Below, piece by piece: positions 26,208-44,870 of a stretch of DNA of 64,000 bases. The position numbers and the translations under genes are program-made. The stretch comes from the human T2T-CHM13v2.0 reference genome, Homo sapiens. The notes beneath the pieces were generated by a model. The model ran no database searches. It saw only the letters and a list, made by a program, of their open reading frames with translations, and was not told the DNA's origin. The DNA lies in NCBI RefSeq assembly GCF_009914755.1, contig NC_060932.1. The stretch is one strand, 5' to 3'. Position 1 is the stretch's first letter. Each line of letters starts with the position of its first letter.

Positions 26208-26556
26208 TAGTCATGGCTACATAATTAACATTTTGATCAATGACAGGCTGCATATATGATAGTTGTCCCATAAGGTTTTAACACTGTATTTTTACTGTAA
26301 CCTTTTCTATGTTTAGATATGTTTAGCTACACAAATACTTACCATTACATTACATTTGCCTACAGTGTTTAGTACAGTAACATGATATACAGGTTTATAG
26401 TCCAGGAGCAATAGGCTATACCATATAGCCTAGGTGTATAGTAGGATATACCATCTAGGTTTGCGTAAGGATATTCTATGATGTTCACACAAAGACAAAA
26501 TTGCCTAACAAGGAATTTCTCAGAAGCTATTTCCATCATTAAGCAATGCATGACTG
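26208..26556. mobile_element. Tigger3a/MER7-type TcMar DNA transposon (non-autonomous)
   Basis: TIRs TAGTCATG...CATGACTG flanked by TA. Internal GCAATAGGCTATACCATATAGCCTAGGTGT motif. About 350 bp. Confidence 0.85.
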
Positions 26557-28549
26557 TATAGTGAACCGTGAAAACTTGGAATATAAAAATGTTAGGAATC
26601 TACTGGAGTTGCCATTCTTGCTCCACCTTGTCTTTTTCTTGTAAATTTTTAGTGCTTCTGTAATTTAGCATTTTAGTTATGGATAAATTTCATATGGGCA
26701 TATAATACATTTACCTTTTTACAATTTAATTTTTGATTTGTTTGTACACTGTGCTCAAATGTTCCAAATACCTTTGTTCATGAATCCAGTTACTCATTCA
26801 TAATAGTGTGATACATACACAGCTACCCAAATCCTACCCCAAATCCTAGGAGAATTCCCATGTGGTTCTGTTCAGTTTTATTTTGGTTGAAGGCTGAGGT
26901 TTTCATCTGGTGTCTAAACAAATGAATAATCCTCCACTCTCATGTCAGAGAGTGTCAGATAGCTGGATACTCAAAGGTTTAATAAATTAGTGGGTATCCA
27001 CATTTCTGGACATTTGAGCACAGTATCTCCTTTACTTAGTCCTGGTGAGGAAAGATCCTTCTTCCATTGTCACTTCATGGATCCTGCTCCGTTCACTTGT
27101 TCCTGTCTGGCTGAATTGTCATTCTGTCACCACCTCTTCCTTTTATAACTCTAGTCCTACCCCGCATATATCTATAATATTCTCTCTTGACTAGCATTAG
27201 TGTTTTTTGGGTCTTATTTTTGTGTGGGATGGGGAAGAGGAGAAACCACCTTTGGAATTGTTGAAGGAAAAGGTGGAAGTAAGAGAAATAAACATAAAAT
27301 ACACGGATTGTTAATTACAGATAAGATCCTACACATACTTGTTCAACAAATATTTATCAAATGCCTGTTACTACTCAAAAATATATTTAAATGCTGAGAA
27401 TGGCACACTTTTAAAAAGGACAAGTTCTCTGCTCTCTCAAAAATACTATGTATGACTTTGAGGGAAATTGTGAGAAAAAGAGATTTTTTTTTCCTAAGTG
27501 TAATGGGACATTATTATAGATTTTTGAGCTGTGGAATTATATGGCTTATAGTATGTTTTTGGAGGATTAGTTTAGGCTATAAGGAGCAGAAGTGATAGCT
27601 GGATTAGATTGGGAGGGGTGATTAAGGGAAATACAATCAAAGGTAATTACCTTGCTTTTGGCATTTATTAACCCAAGCAGTAAATATTTGTTAAGTAGCT
27701 ACTATGTACCCCTAGGCACCAGCAGTAAATATTTTAGTGCTGACCTCATTACCCAGAGCCTTGATGTTTTCACCATATTAATAAGGAAGAGCACATCCCT
27801 AGTTTTTATTATGATTCCAAGGTATTAAAGAATATTATATTAAATATGTGAAATGGGATAGGATAATGTTTACTGTTCTCATTTGAATATTTATTCTCTT
27901 CAATTGTTGATTAGTTAATTATTCTTTGGAAGAGAAATTTCGACTGATGATTAAAAAAACAGTTTTTTAAAAAAGGCAAAGAACTTCTGTGGAATGACTC
28001 TTTTCTGTGGTGGTTTTTGAACCAAAATACAGTAGTCCAAATGTTTTAGTGAATGTTTAATCTATTTTATGTATTTTTGCATATTTTCATGGTTATTCAA
28101 TATATAAATTTCTCAAGGTTTATAAAATGAAAATGCAATTTTTCACCACTTTCTAAAATTTTCAAATATTTATAGTATTTTTAATTCACACACTACTGCA
28201 TACTATAGTTCTACATGTGGCAATGGAGCCTCAACTTTGCTCATTGCTGCAATTCAGACATTTCTGAGAATCCTTAACAAAACTCTTGAAAAGGCTCCAT
28301 TCATTAGCAGGCTTTGTGTGAGACACTGAGAGGTTTTCTGGTAAAAGTCAAACATACCCACACAAAAACTAATTCTAAAAGTAGGGAGAATTAGGCAAGA
28401 CAGTCTTAATATTGATTTCTGGTAATGGCAAAATGCATATTATTCATTTATGTTTTCTCATTCAGACCATTAAAAACTCATGTAACAGATTTCAATGGAG
28501 GTGATTTGAGGTAGGGTGGTGGTAGTGGAATGAATATATTAATCTTGAC

Positions 28550-31785
<3,236 letters not shown>

Positions 31786-31824
31786 AAACCACTAGTTTCA
31801 TTTCTTTAGCATTAGGAATTGAAT

Positions 31825-32050
31825 TTCAGTATAATTTAGTGGTTAGAAGCAGAGATCTTGGCTCTTTCAATTATTTAATCTGTCTTTTTGGAAAAAGTAC
31901 ATAGCTTCTGTCTGTTTTAGTTTGCTCATCCATATATGGGGTTAGTAGTACTACTTATCTCTTAGGCATATTATGAATATTAAATAAGTTATTTGTAAAA
32001 CTCCTGGAGCACTATGGCACATAGTGAGCATATATGAAGTTAATCACTCA
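31825..32050 (+). mobile_element. MIR
   Basis: TAGTGGTTAGAAGCAGAG...TCTGTTTTAGTTTGCTCATC...TGGCACATAGTGAGCA. Confidence 0.65.
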
Positions 32051-32200
32051 TTTAAAAATATTTTTTCTATGAGAAGAAAAGTCTCTTTTATTTGTATATC
32101 CTCAATTACTAGTGAGGTAAATCATATAGGATGCCCATATGTTTACTAGTGAGGTAAAACATATAGGATGCCCATGCAGTTCTTTATTGAACTGCTTGTA

Positions 32201-32663
32201 TGAAACCAACCCAATAGTCCCATAGATAGATAGTTTTTTTCTAAACAAAGAAATCGATCCCACTGGTCTTAAAGCTCAAAACTTGCATTTGTTTTATCTG
32301 AGTTCCTTCCTTAGGAAACAAACTTCAGGTCTCTCACCAAAAAAAGTATAAAAAATTGAAACTCTCCTGATTACCACATCCAGACAGTGAGATGCTGGAG
32401 TCCTCATTCATCATGATTGCTTCTTTTTCCCTCCCTAGTTCCTGTTTTTGTTGTTTTTTTCAGACATTGTTAAATTTCTTCCCTACTATATAAACTCCTA
32501 GCTTTAGTGAGTCAGGGAAGTCAATTTGAAGTTGAGCTTCTATCTCTTTGGCCATAGCACCTGATTAAAGCCTTCTTCCTTGGCAATAATCATTGTGTCC
32601 CTGATTGGCTTTCCATGAGATGAGCAGCAGGACCTAGGCTGAACCCCTAGTGTCTTGGTAAAA
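32201..32663 (+). mobile_element. ERV1 solo LTR (MER66-like, unconfirmed)
   Basis: Starts TGAAACCAACCCAATAGTCCCATAGA. TATATAAA near 32487 and ATTAAA near 32564. 4-bp TSD TGTA (32197-32200 / 32664-32667). Confidence 0.8.
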
Positions 32664-33340
32664 TGTACATGGGTGTTTGGCGAATGTTTTAATCTTTTTA
32701 TTTTTGTTTTTAATAGCTCTCTCAGCTTTCTGTGAGGTGAGCAATGGTGCCTAGACTGAACCCCTGGGGTTTTGGTAAAATGTACATGGGAGTTTGGGAA
32801 ATATTATTATCTTTTTATTTTTGTCTTTAATAGCTCTCTGAGTGAGAGAGACTCCTTTAGCCCTTGCATCTAACTTCTGTTTTTCAAATTTCCATTGGCA
32901 TACTAAAGAAAAATATTATACATACACTAGTGGTGTAAATCAGGATACATTACATATGAAGCAATTTCAATTATGTTTCTGAAATAGTGCAGATGGGATA
33001 AGAGTGAGGAAGGCAGAGATTTACCACCTATGTAAGAAAAGCTCTAATATATCCAGCATGAAGTGGGTGAGAACTACAGAGGAGGTTGAGTGACAAGGCA
33101 GGAAGTAGATTTTATTAAACTTCAGAGGAATGCCCTGATTTCTAGAGTCTGCACAGAGTGTTGATACCATAATGGTAATCACAACCTATATCTGGATGAT
33201 ATGGTAATAGGGCCTGATATAATGTAGTCCTAGCATATGGTCACTCTACAAATAGGACTTTTGACTGGTGCTATTGGTGGCCTATATTTTTTATTACTTA
33301 AATTATTTAGGTCTCCTAATTGCAATAAAATATTAAATAG

Positions 33341-33644
<304 letters not shown>

Positions 33645-34084
33645 GAACTATTAATTACATTAGCTAACCACTCACCTATTTAAACACAATAAAGCTCTCT
33701 GTGTCATATGTCAGGAAAATGTAACTGAGAGATTTATTTGAGAAATTCAAAGGACAAGCATTCATGATAAATAATACAGAAATTATATGAATTGACTTAT
33801 CCAAGACTGTCTTGCATCATTGCACATGATATAAATGAGGAATTGAACATTCTGAAAATTTTGACTTTGTTGACATTAAAAAGCTATTTAATATTTGCTT
33901 GTTGAAAATATCACCAAAATAATTTGTTGACAAAGCAAATCAGAGTTTATTGCTTACCATGGAAAGGGAAACATTTACTTTGATAGAGTTTTAGTAGTGT
34001 CTCAGAAGAGGGAGGGCAAAGGAAGGATATTTTTGAGGCCTTGAGGGACCTGGCTTAAAAAGGATCTTTTCAATGTTGGAACTC

Positions 34085-35010
34085 GCCTTAATCAGTTTGG
34101 GCTGCTATAACAAATTACCATAGATGGAGCGACTTAAACAACAAACTTGTATTTCTCACTGTTCTGGAGATTTAAAGTCCTAGGTCGGGCTGTCAGCAGG
34201 GTGGGATTCTTAGTGAGGGTTCTCTTCCCGGTTTATGAATGGCTATCTTCTTGCTGTGGCCTCACATGGCAGAAAGACGGCTAACTAGCTCTTAGGCCTC
34301 TTCTTCTTCTTCTTCTTTTTTTTTTTTTTTTTTATTATACTTTAAGTTCAATGTGCACAATGTGCAGGTTTGTTACATATGTATACATGTACCATGTTGG
34401 TTTGCTGCACCCATTAACTCGTCATTTACATTAGGTATTTCTCCTAATGCTATCCCTCCCCCCTCCCCCATCCCTCTACCGCATGACAGGCCCTGGTTTA
34501 TGATGTTCCCCACCCTGTGTCCAAGTGTTCTTGTTGTTCAATTCCCACCTATGAGTGAGAACATGTGGCGTTTGGTTTTCTGTCATAGCGAGAGTTTGCT
34601 GAGAATGATGGTTTCCAGCTTCATCCATGTCCCTACAAAGGACATGAACTCATCCTTTTTTATGGCTGCATAGTATTCCATGATGTATATATGCCAGATT
34701 TTCTTAATCCAGTCTATCATTGATGGACATTTGGGTTGGTTCCAAGTCTTTGCTATTGTGAATAGTGCTGCAATAAACACACGTGTGCATGTGTCTTTAT
34801 AGTATCATGATTTATAATCCTTTGGGTATATACCCACTAATGGGATCACTGGGTCAAATGGTATTTCTAAAAGGACACTAATCCCATTCATAGGGGCTTC
34901 AACTTCATGACTTAATAACCTCCCAAAGGTCTCACTTCCAAATGTCATCACATTAAAATTAGACCTTCAATGTGTACATTTTGGGAGAACACAAACCTTC
35001 AGTCTATTGT
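34085..35010 (-). mobile_element. MLT1A-type MaLR LTR interrupted by an L1PA 3' end
   Basis: GGGCTGCTATAACAAATTACCATAGA...CTCACATGGCAGAAAG, resuming at AAAGGACACTAATCCCATTCAT...AACCTCCCAAAGG. Confidence 0.8.
34316..34868 (-). mobile_element. 5'-truncated L1PA 3' end (~550 bp)
   Basis: Poly(T), then TTATTATACTTTAAGTT...GTGCAGGTTTGTTACATATGTATACATG. ORF2 C-terminus MFIAALFTIAKTWNQPKCPS...METIILSKL. Confidence 0.95.
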
Positions 35011-37203
35011 AGGAGTTCATTAGAATTGGGCAAGCTTCAGGATATAATATTTTAAAAGTGATAGACCCAGAGAAGCAAGGATTTTGAGGCAAGAGTTCCT
35101 AAATGAGCCTTGGCCAGTCAATAAGACTAGGTGGGCTGTCCACTATTTTTAGATGAGTACTTTCAAAAGGTTCCTGAAAGAACAATTGAATATTTCTGCA
35201 ATTTTACTTTCCTGGGAACAGATTGCTAAAATAATAAAATAATGTTAATGTCAGTGTAAAGCTGTGTGAATGTTGCTAGTTTTATTTCTCAAAGCAGTAC
35301 ATTTGTAGATAAAATATCTATTTCAAGCAATGTAACAAGGAACAAATGCCACGAGAATAATTTAACAGACCTAGGAGCCAATGCAGAGACCAGACTCTGG
35401 TTTTAATGTCTCCTCTACAAAAATAAACATTATTTGTTTGAGGGGAATCATTGCATTTGATCCATTACTTCCTTATCAAAGATACTCATATGCTTGATTT
35501 TCTCCATTTACGAGGAGTTTGCTGCAGTTGGAAACAGAGGACTGAAAGGGACTAATAGAGTCTTGATGGCTTTGGCTCTTTTGTTTGTGTTTAAGAGCAT
35601 CACAGGAAAAGAAAATTAGGGAGATTTTAGTATTAAAAAGAGCTGTAACTTTTCAAAAGCTATTCAGGCATGATTTAGAGTTGATCCAGAATATAAATAA
35701 AGTGATATCCAATGACAGCAGTCAAATAATATGGTCTATAGGTATATATAGTGTTTGCTCTCAGTAGTTTATTAAGAATCATTTTTAATATCAACTTTAT
35801 GCATAATTTATTTACAATTATTTCATCCAATTAAAGTAAATAAATTGATACACCACCAATATTAGACAAAACTGTGTTACTCCCAAAAAGTTTCATTATG
35901 CCCATAGGCAGTCTATCCCCCCCTTTTTTTCTAGACCCAGGAAACTACCAATTTTTTTTTTTGGTCAGTATGATTAGTTTCCAATTTTAAGACATTCTGT
36001 ATAAATTGAGTCTTACAAAATAATTTCACAGTGTCTAGTTTTTTTCACTCAGCATGCAGATTTTAATGTCATCCAAGTTTTGTGGTAATCTGTTACTTTT
36101 TAATAATGAATAGTTTTTTATTGTTATGATAATACAATTTTTTTTCATTCATTGTGCATTTGGGTTGATTTCAATTTTGGATAGTGAATAAAGGTGTTAT
36201 GAAGATTTATGTAAATGTTTTCATAGAGCCGTAGGGCTAGAATGGCTAGATTGTATAGAAGGAGTAATTTTTATAAATATTTTAAGAAATAATCAAATTG
36301 TTTTCTAATGTGGCAGTACCATTTTACATTTCCATTATCAGTATATGAGAGTCTCAGTTACCTTCATATTTTCACCAACACTTAGTATTGTCAGTCTTTT
36401 TAATATAGCTATTCTAATAAATGTGTAGTAGCATCACATTAAAAATTTAATTTGCAGTTCTCTCATAATCCTTGATATTGAGAATCTTTTCGTGGACATA
36501 TTGACATTTGTATATTTTTTCGCTTATTGATTTATCTTTTGTGTATCTGTACAAAACTTTGGCCCACTTTTTATATAGTTGTTTCTTTTTTTATTGAGTT
36601 AGAAGGACTTCTTATTGAACACACATATTTTGTCTCACAAATGTATTGCAAATATTTTTCCAATTCTGTGGCTTGCATTTTAATTTTTTAAAAAAGATCT
36701 TTTAAATAGCGGGATACTTTTATTGTAATAAAGTTTAATTTTTCAGGGTTTTCTGTTATGCTTTGTGATATTTGTGTTGTAATTAAGAAATACTTGGCTA
36801 ACAATAGATGCAAAGATTTTTCTCATTTTTTTCTTCCAGTTTTAAGTTTTAAATTTAGATTTCTGTTCCATTTTGGGTTAATTTTTGGATACAATGTGAA
36901 GTAAATGTCAGTGTTCATTGTTTCCATATTGATATTCATTAGTTCCAAAAATATTTGTTGAAAACTATTTTCCTTTCCCTATTAACATTTCTCGTCATCC
37001 TTGTCAAAAATCAATTGAGCCTACATTTCTGGGTCTACTTCATTTATGTGTGTATCTGTCCTTTCATGAATACCACATTGTCTCGATTGGTGTAGTTTTA
37101 TAATAAGCCTGGCAATCAGATATGGTAAGTCTTCCACCTTTGTTCTTTTTCAAAATTACTTTGGATTTTCTAGGTCAGTGTAATACTTAAAAATTGATTT
37201 TTA

Positions 37204-37487
37204 GGTCTGGGTATGGTGGCTCACACCTGTAATCCCAGCACTTTGGGAGGCCGAGGCAGGTGGATGACAAGGTCAGGAGTTTGAGACCAGCTTGGCTAAC
37301 ATGGTGAAACCCCGTCTCTACTAATAACGCAAAAATTAGCTGGGCGTGGTGGCACACACCTGTAATCCCAGCTGAGGGATAGCGAATCACTTGAACCCGG
37401 GAGGTGGAGGTTGCAGTGAGCCAAGATTGTGCCATTGCACTCCAGCCTGGGTGAAAGAGTGAAGCTCCATCTCAAAAAAAAAAAAAA
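37204..37487 (+). mobile_element. AluS with a small internal deletion in the right arm
   Basis: Alu body. Flanks AAAAATTGATTTTT / AAAAATAGATTTTT. Confidence 0.92.
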
Positions 37488-38338
37488 TAGATTTTTGATT
37501 TCCCTTTTACTTTCTGCAAATGATTATTTAGGATTTGAATCATTTTTTAGTTAAATATGTTGTAGACTTTGCCAGTGTTGTGAACTTGTTCTGTAGTCTT
37601 CTTTATGGAAAGATTTTAAATTATAATTTATTTATCTTAATAGATATTGGACTATATACTTCTCTGAGCTAAGGTAGTTTGAGTCTTTCATTAAGTTTGT
37701 CCATTTCACTAAATCTTCAAAATGTTTTTTGGTCAATGTTAATAATATTCACTTAATATTATTTTTAATATCTGTAGGATCTGTAGTGACTATTTTTTCT
37801 CTCATTCTTGATATCAGTAGTTTGCTTCTTTTTTCCCCTTGTCATTGTGTCTAAAAGTTTGCCAATTTTTAAATCTTTCACCCATTTTTTTTTGCTTTCA
37901 TATATTTTCTCTTTTCAATTACATTTATTTTCTTCTTTCCTCTTGTTTTGTGTTTAATTTGCTCTTCATTATCTTATTTCTTAAGGTGGAGGTTTACATT
38001 ATTGATTTGGAACTTTTATTGTTTTTTAAAATAAGCATTTAGTCTTCTAAATGTTTCTCTAAATACTTATTTAGCTTCATCCTATTGTTTTTGATATGTT
38101 GTGTTATCATTTTCATTTTTTCCATAATATTTTCTAATCTTTCCTTATTGATTCTTCTTGACAAATGGGTTATTTAGAAGTGTTTAATTTTTACTTATTT
38201 GAGAATTTTCTAGCTATCTTTCTGGTGTGTATTTCTAGTTGAATTCCCTTGAGATAAGAGAACATACTTCACATGATGTGTTTTTTCAGAATTTTGTTTA
38301 GGCTTGTTTCATGCCTACAATATCAATTATCTTAGTGA

Positions 38339-38709
<371 letters not shown>

Positions 38710-38943
38710 TGGATGGACTGTTTTATAAATGAAAATTAATTCAAATAGGCTGATAATGTTGTTCAGGTGTCAATTTAGTCTCTAATTTTTCTGTCTATGC
38801 ATTACTTAGATTATTGATAGAGGATTAATTGTAGTTTGTTTATTCCTCCTTGCAGTTCTATCAGTTTTTGCTTCGTGCATTTTAAAACTCTGCTGTTAGA
38901 TGAATACACACTTAACATAGCAGCGTCTTCTTGGTGAATTGAT

Positions 38944-39351
38944 TGTCAGGCCTCTGAGCCCAAGCTAAGCCATCATCACCCCTGTGACTTGCACGTATAC
39001 ATCCAGATGACCTGGAGCAACTGAAGAACCACAAAGATGACATTTCACCATTGTGATTTGTTCCTGCCCCACCCCAATTAATCAATCGACCTTGTGACAT
39101 TCCCCCCGGACAATGAGTCACATGATCTCCCCACCCTGCACCTTGTGACCCACACCCCTGCCCGCAAGAGATAACCACCTTTAACTGTAATTTTCCACTA
39201 CCTACCCAAATCCTATAAAACTGCCCCACCCCTATCTCCCTTTGCTGACTATTTTTTTGGACTCAGCCCACTTGCACCCAAGTGAAATAAACAGCCTTGT
39301 TGCTCACACAAAGCCTGTTGGTGGACTCTCTTCACAGGGATGTGCATGACA
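38944..39351 (+). mobile_element. HERV-H solo LTR (LTR7 family, LTR7C-like)
   Basis: Starts TGTCAGGCCTCTGAGCCCAAGCTAAGCCATCAT. TATAAAA near 39214 and AATAAA near 39286. Ends GCATGACA. TSD TTGAT / CTGAT. Confidence 0.92.
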
Positions 39352-39901
39352 CTGATCACTTTATAGTCATGTAATGTCCTTCTTTATCTTGACAATATTC
39401 CTTGTTTTGTTGTCTGCTTCACCTGCATTAACATCTGCCCCAGCTTGCTTTTTATTAATGTTTGAATGGTATAGTTTTTTTCTTTTCATTTTATTTTTAA
39501 ACTATTTATGTCTTTATATTTAAGTGGGTTTCTTATACACTGCATACAACTGAACCCTGTGTGTGTGTGTGTGTGTGTTTTAATTCAATCAGATAATCTC
39601 TGTACTTTAATTTAGGTGTTTAGACCATATACATTTAATGTATCACTGTGGTTGAATTTAAATCTACCATCTCTTTGGTTGTTTTCAAAATGTTCCATCT
39701 GTTTATTCTTTGGTTTTCTTTTTCTCAATTTAGGTCTCCTTTTGGATTGATTTTAAAATGATTCCATTTTAAATGATTCTATTGCCTCATTGGTTTATTA
39801 AATCTTTACAAAAACTTTTTAGTGGCTACTTAGAATTGACAATATGCAACTTTAATTTATTACACTCTACCTTCAAATAATATCACCTCACATGTTGTGT
39901 T

Positions 39902-40990
<1,089 letters not shown>

Positions 40991-41564
40991 TGTTAAAGGA
41001 TTACAACAGTATATTTCCACTTATCTATAATTTATACCACTGTTTTCATGTTTCATTGTATATATGTTGTAAAACCCAAAATACTTTAATATTATTTTTG
41101 CTTTAAACAGTAGTGTCTTATAAAGACATTTTTAAAAAGTTTTAAAATCTGTATCTTTATTATTTTATCATTCCCAGAACTCTTCATTTCTTTATTTAGA
41201 TTCAGTTTCTGTCTGGTATTATAATCCTTCTACTGGAAAAAATTGAGTTAATATTTCTTGTAGCACAGGCATGCTGACAATGGATTCTCTCAGCCTTTAT
41301 CTGAAATTATGTTTAACCTTTGTTTCTTCTTTGCTTTGAGAGATGTTCCCACTAATAAAGAAGTCTGGATGAACAGGTTTTTTTTTCTTCTGCACTTGAA
41401 ATATGTCATCCCATTGTGTTTTGATTTGCATAATTTTTGATGAAAAGTTACTGTATTGTATGTAAAATATTCCTGTATTGTATGAAATGGGTCATTTTTT
41501 TCTGTCTGCTTTCAAGATTTTCACTTTTAAAACCTTTTCTTTAGTCTTCGTATGATGTATTTAG

Positions 41565-41877
<313 letters not shown>

Positions 41878-44125
41878 GTATTTAGTTTTCTTTTTAAACA
41901 ATACTTATGTTGTGTTTTTTTCTAAGCCTTTTAAATGTGTACTTTGATTCCTTTAGTTATTTTTGAAGAATTCCCAGTCATTATCTTTTCAAGTATTTCT
42001 TCTGCCCCATTCTCTTTCTCTTCCCCTTTTGAGATTTCAATTACATGTGTATTTGATGGTTTGCAATTCATCCACAGATCCTGCATGCTGTTGATCCCAT
42101 CAAAGGCATTCTTCTTATCTGTTACCATGCTTTTTATTTCTATAATCACTGCATTAATCATATGGATCATATGTGGGCCTGATTCTTCCTATTGCCTTGT
42201 CTTCTAGTAGTGTGCTGTTTTTCCTTGCTTTGTTGTGTTTCTCAAATTTTGTACTTGATAAGCTGATGGTATGTATAAGATACATACACATGTATATGTA
42301 TATGTATACATATAAATAAAATTTATTGAGTCTTTTTTTTATTTGTGTCTAGAAGTGGGGCTAATTTCTCTCTTTGTTCAGTTTTTATCATGAGGGATTG
42401 AGCTAATATAGTCAGAAGTTGAGCTAGTTTTATTTATTTATTTTTATTCTTATGGTTATCCTCAGTGCACTGCTGATTTCAAATTCCTCTAGTGTTGTCT
42501 TTTACTTAGAGTGGCAGCTGAGTAGCAAGTTTTCCTCAATATTCCTCTTACAACCTCAGCTTTAGGGTTCCCCTGTGAGTCTGTGCCTGTGAGAGGTTCT
42601 TTTCTTTTCCCATGTTCTTGTACTTTTCTCAGCAGGAGACTTCTGTTACTTGCTTCCTGTTGCTTGCTAGCCTTGTGTTGGTGGGTGTAGGGCCATTCTC
42701 TGCTACCTGGGTTCAGCCTCAGTCTTAGGCAGGTCCCTGGGCTTCAGAGATGGTACTTTCTCAGTGATTCTGGCCCTAATCCAGCTAGGATTAGGGTTTA
42801 TTTGTCTCCTTACCTTAGTTTGCAGTTGTAATGGGTCCCCACCTACATGCTTTTACCCTTGGGCTTAAGCTTTTGTTTCATAATAGGGATAGGGCAAAGG
42901 GATCATGCTTTCCCTCAGTGTCTGTTCCTTCCCTTTTTCAGGTCTTTTAGTGAGGGAGCTTTTGTAATTTCAGCAATGGGTCTCTCATCTAAGTTCCTGG
43001 TGAGATCCCTGGAGAAGAGTTTGTGAATGGGTTTGAATTCTTGAATCTGAGGCTCTGAAGGGTTTTATAATCTCATTCTAGCTCACACTCATCCCCTTTT
43101 AGAAATTCAATAATACTTTTTAGCTGGGTTTTTCTTACTGGGTTATAAAGCACCCAGTGCCTCTTCCTCGCATGCTCTGTCTGCCTCAGCTTATGCTCCT
43201 CTGTCCTTGGAGACACCTGACTTTTCTTAGGTATCAGACAAGATTTTTGCTGAGTAACCCCAGCCCTCTGATTTATGCAAGAAAAGTTATGCTTTTGAAG
43301 ATTAGCTTTTTCTGATTGTTAGAAGGTGGGAGAGGCATTCTTTCCAGCTTTTTACTTGCTAAGCCAAATGCAAATACAATTTTGAGAAGTAGAAAAAGAA
43401 AGTATATTGGCAAAAGTCTACAGGCTCAGAAAAGACATTATGTTGTAATAAGTATATGAAGATATTGCTGAAACAATGATAACTGTGTTAAGATTTTCAG
43501 ATGTTTTCCCTAGAGCAATGTGAATATTATAAACCTGCTTTTAAAGGCCAAAATACTATTTATTTTCAAAATGATGATTTTGTGAAAAATGAAAAAAAAT
43601 TTAAATTACGTGATTATTTACTGAAAATACAAATGATAAAATTGATTTTAATCTATAAAACAAAACAAAATATTATAATGCTATATTTCTTATAGTAGGT
43701 ATTTAGTTTTTGAGTAATCCTTAAGGGATGGCTAGGTAGATCCTTTACGAGTTCATTAATTATTGCCTTCATTTGAAAGCTTCAGTTGCATGTAACAGAA
43801 AATCCAACTTAAACTACCTTAAATAGAAAAGTGAATGTGCTTTCTCATAAAGACAAGAAACTAAAGACAGTAAGATTTTATGCAAAGATTGAACCAGAGG
43901 TTTATAATGTTTAACAGGACTCCAGTGATATTCCTCTGAACCAGTCATTGTCCCCAAGAGGATGCAGTGTACTTCTTGGATTGATTTAAATTACAGGACT
44001 CTTTCCTGGAAGTGGCAGTTAATTCAACTTCCTGAGAATGAAACATATTGTAAATGAATATCAGGAATATGTATGAGGCAAAAAAAAAAAAAAATGTTAG
44101 TGAGGCACTCCCCAGTATCTATTCT

Positions 44126-44195
44126 ACACACACACACATATATATATACGTATATATATATATACATATATATATACGTATATATATATATATAT
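44126..44195. repeat. (CA)n-(TA)n microsatellite
   Basis: CACACA run followed by a TA run interrupted by two CG dinucleotides. Confidence 0.95.
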
Positions 44196-44337
44196 TTTTT
44201 ATTGCCCAATACATATAAAACACCAAACTAGACATATTGGGTGTTTGGAGGGGATGAAGAGAAATCACTGTTTACTTTTAAAAACTAGAGCAAAATATGA
44301 GAAAGCATTTTGTTGAAGAACGTTGTAAGAAAAATGA

Positions 44338-44668
<331 letters not shown>

Positions 44669-44689
44669 ATGAAGTACATTCTTGAGAAT

Positions 44690-44870
44690 CTCAGGATTTT
44701 AGAGCTTGGAATTACCTGAGAGATCACTGAGTTTACCTTTCTCATTTTACAGATGAGGTAATGGAGACCACAGATGCTAAATGACTTGCAAAGGTCATGC
44801 GGTCAGCAGGTGGTGAATCCTAGGCAAGAACATATTTTTGGCTTTGAGACTGCAGCTCTTTCCATTACTC
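44690..44870 (-). mobile_element. MIR
   Basis: CTCATTTTACAGATGAGG...GACTTGCAAAGGTCA. Confidence 0.75.

Noticed and set aside
34316-34868. L1PA 3' end as the missing half of the L1 at 28550-31785
   Set aside because: It lies on the wrong side (upstream of that element's 5' end on the same strand), sits inside an MLT1A and appears to be a younger subfamily.
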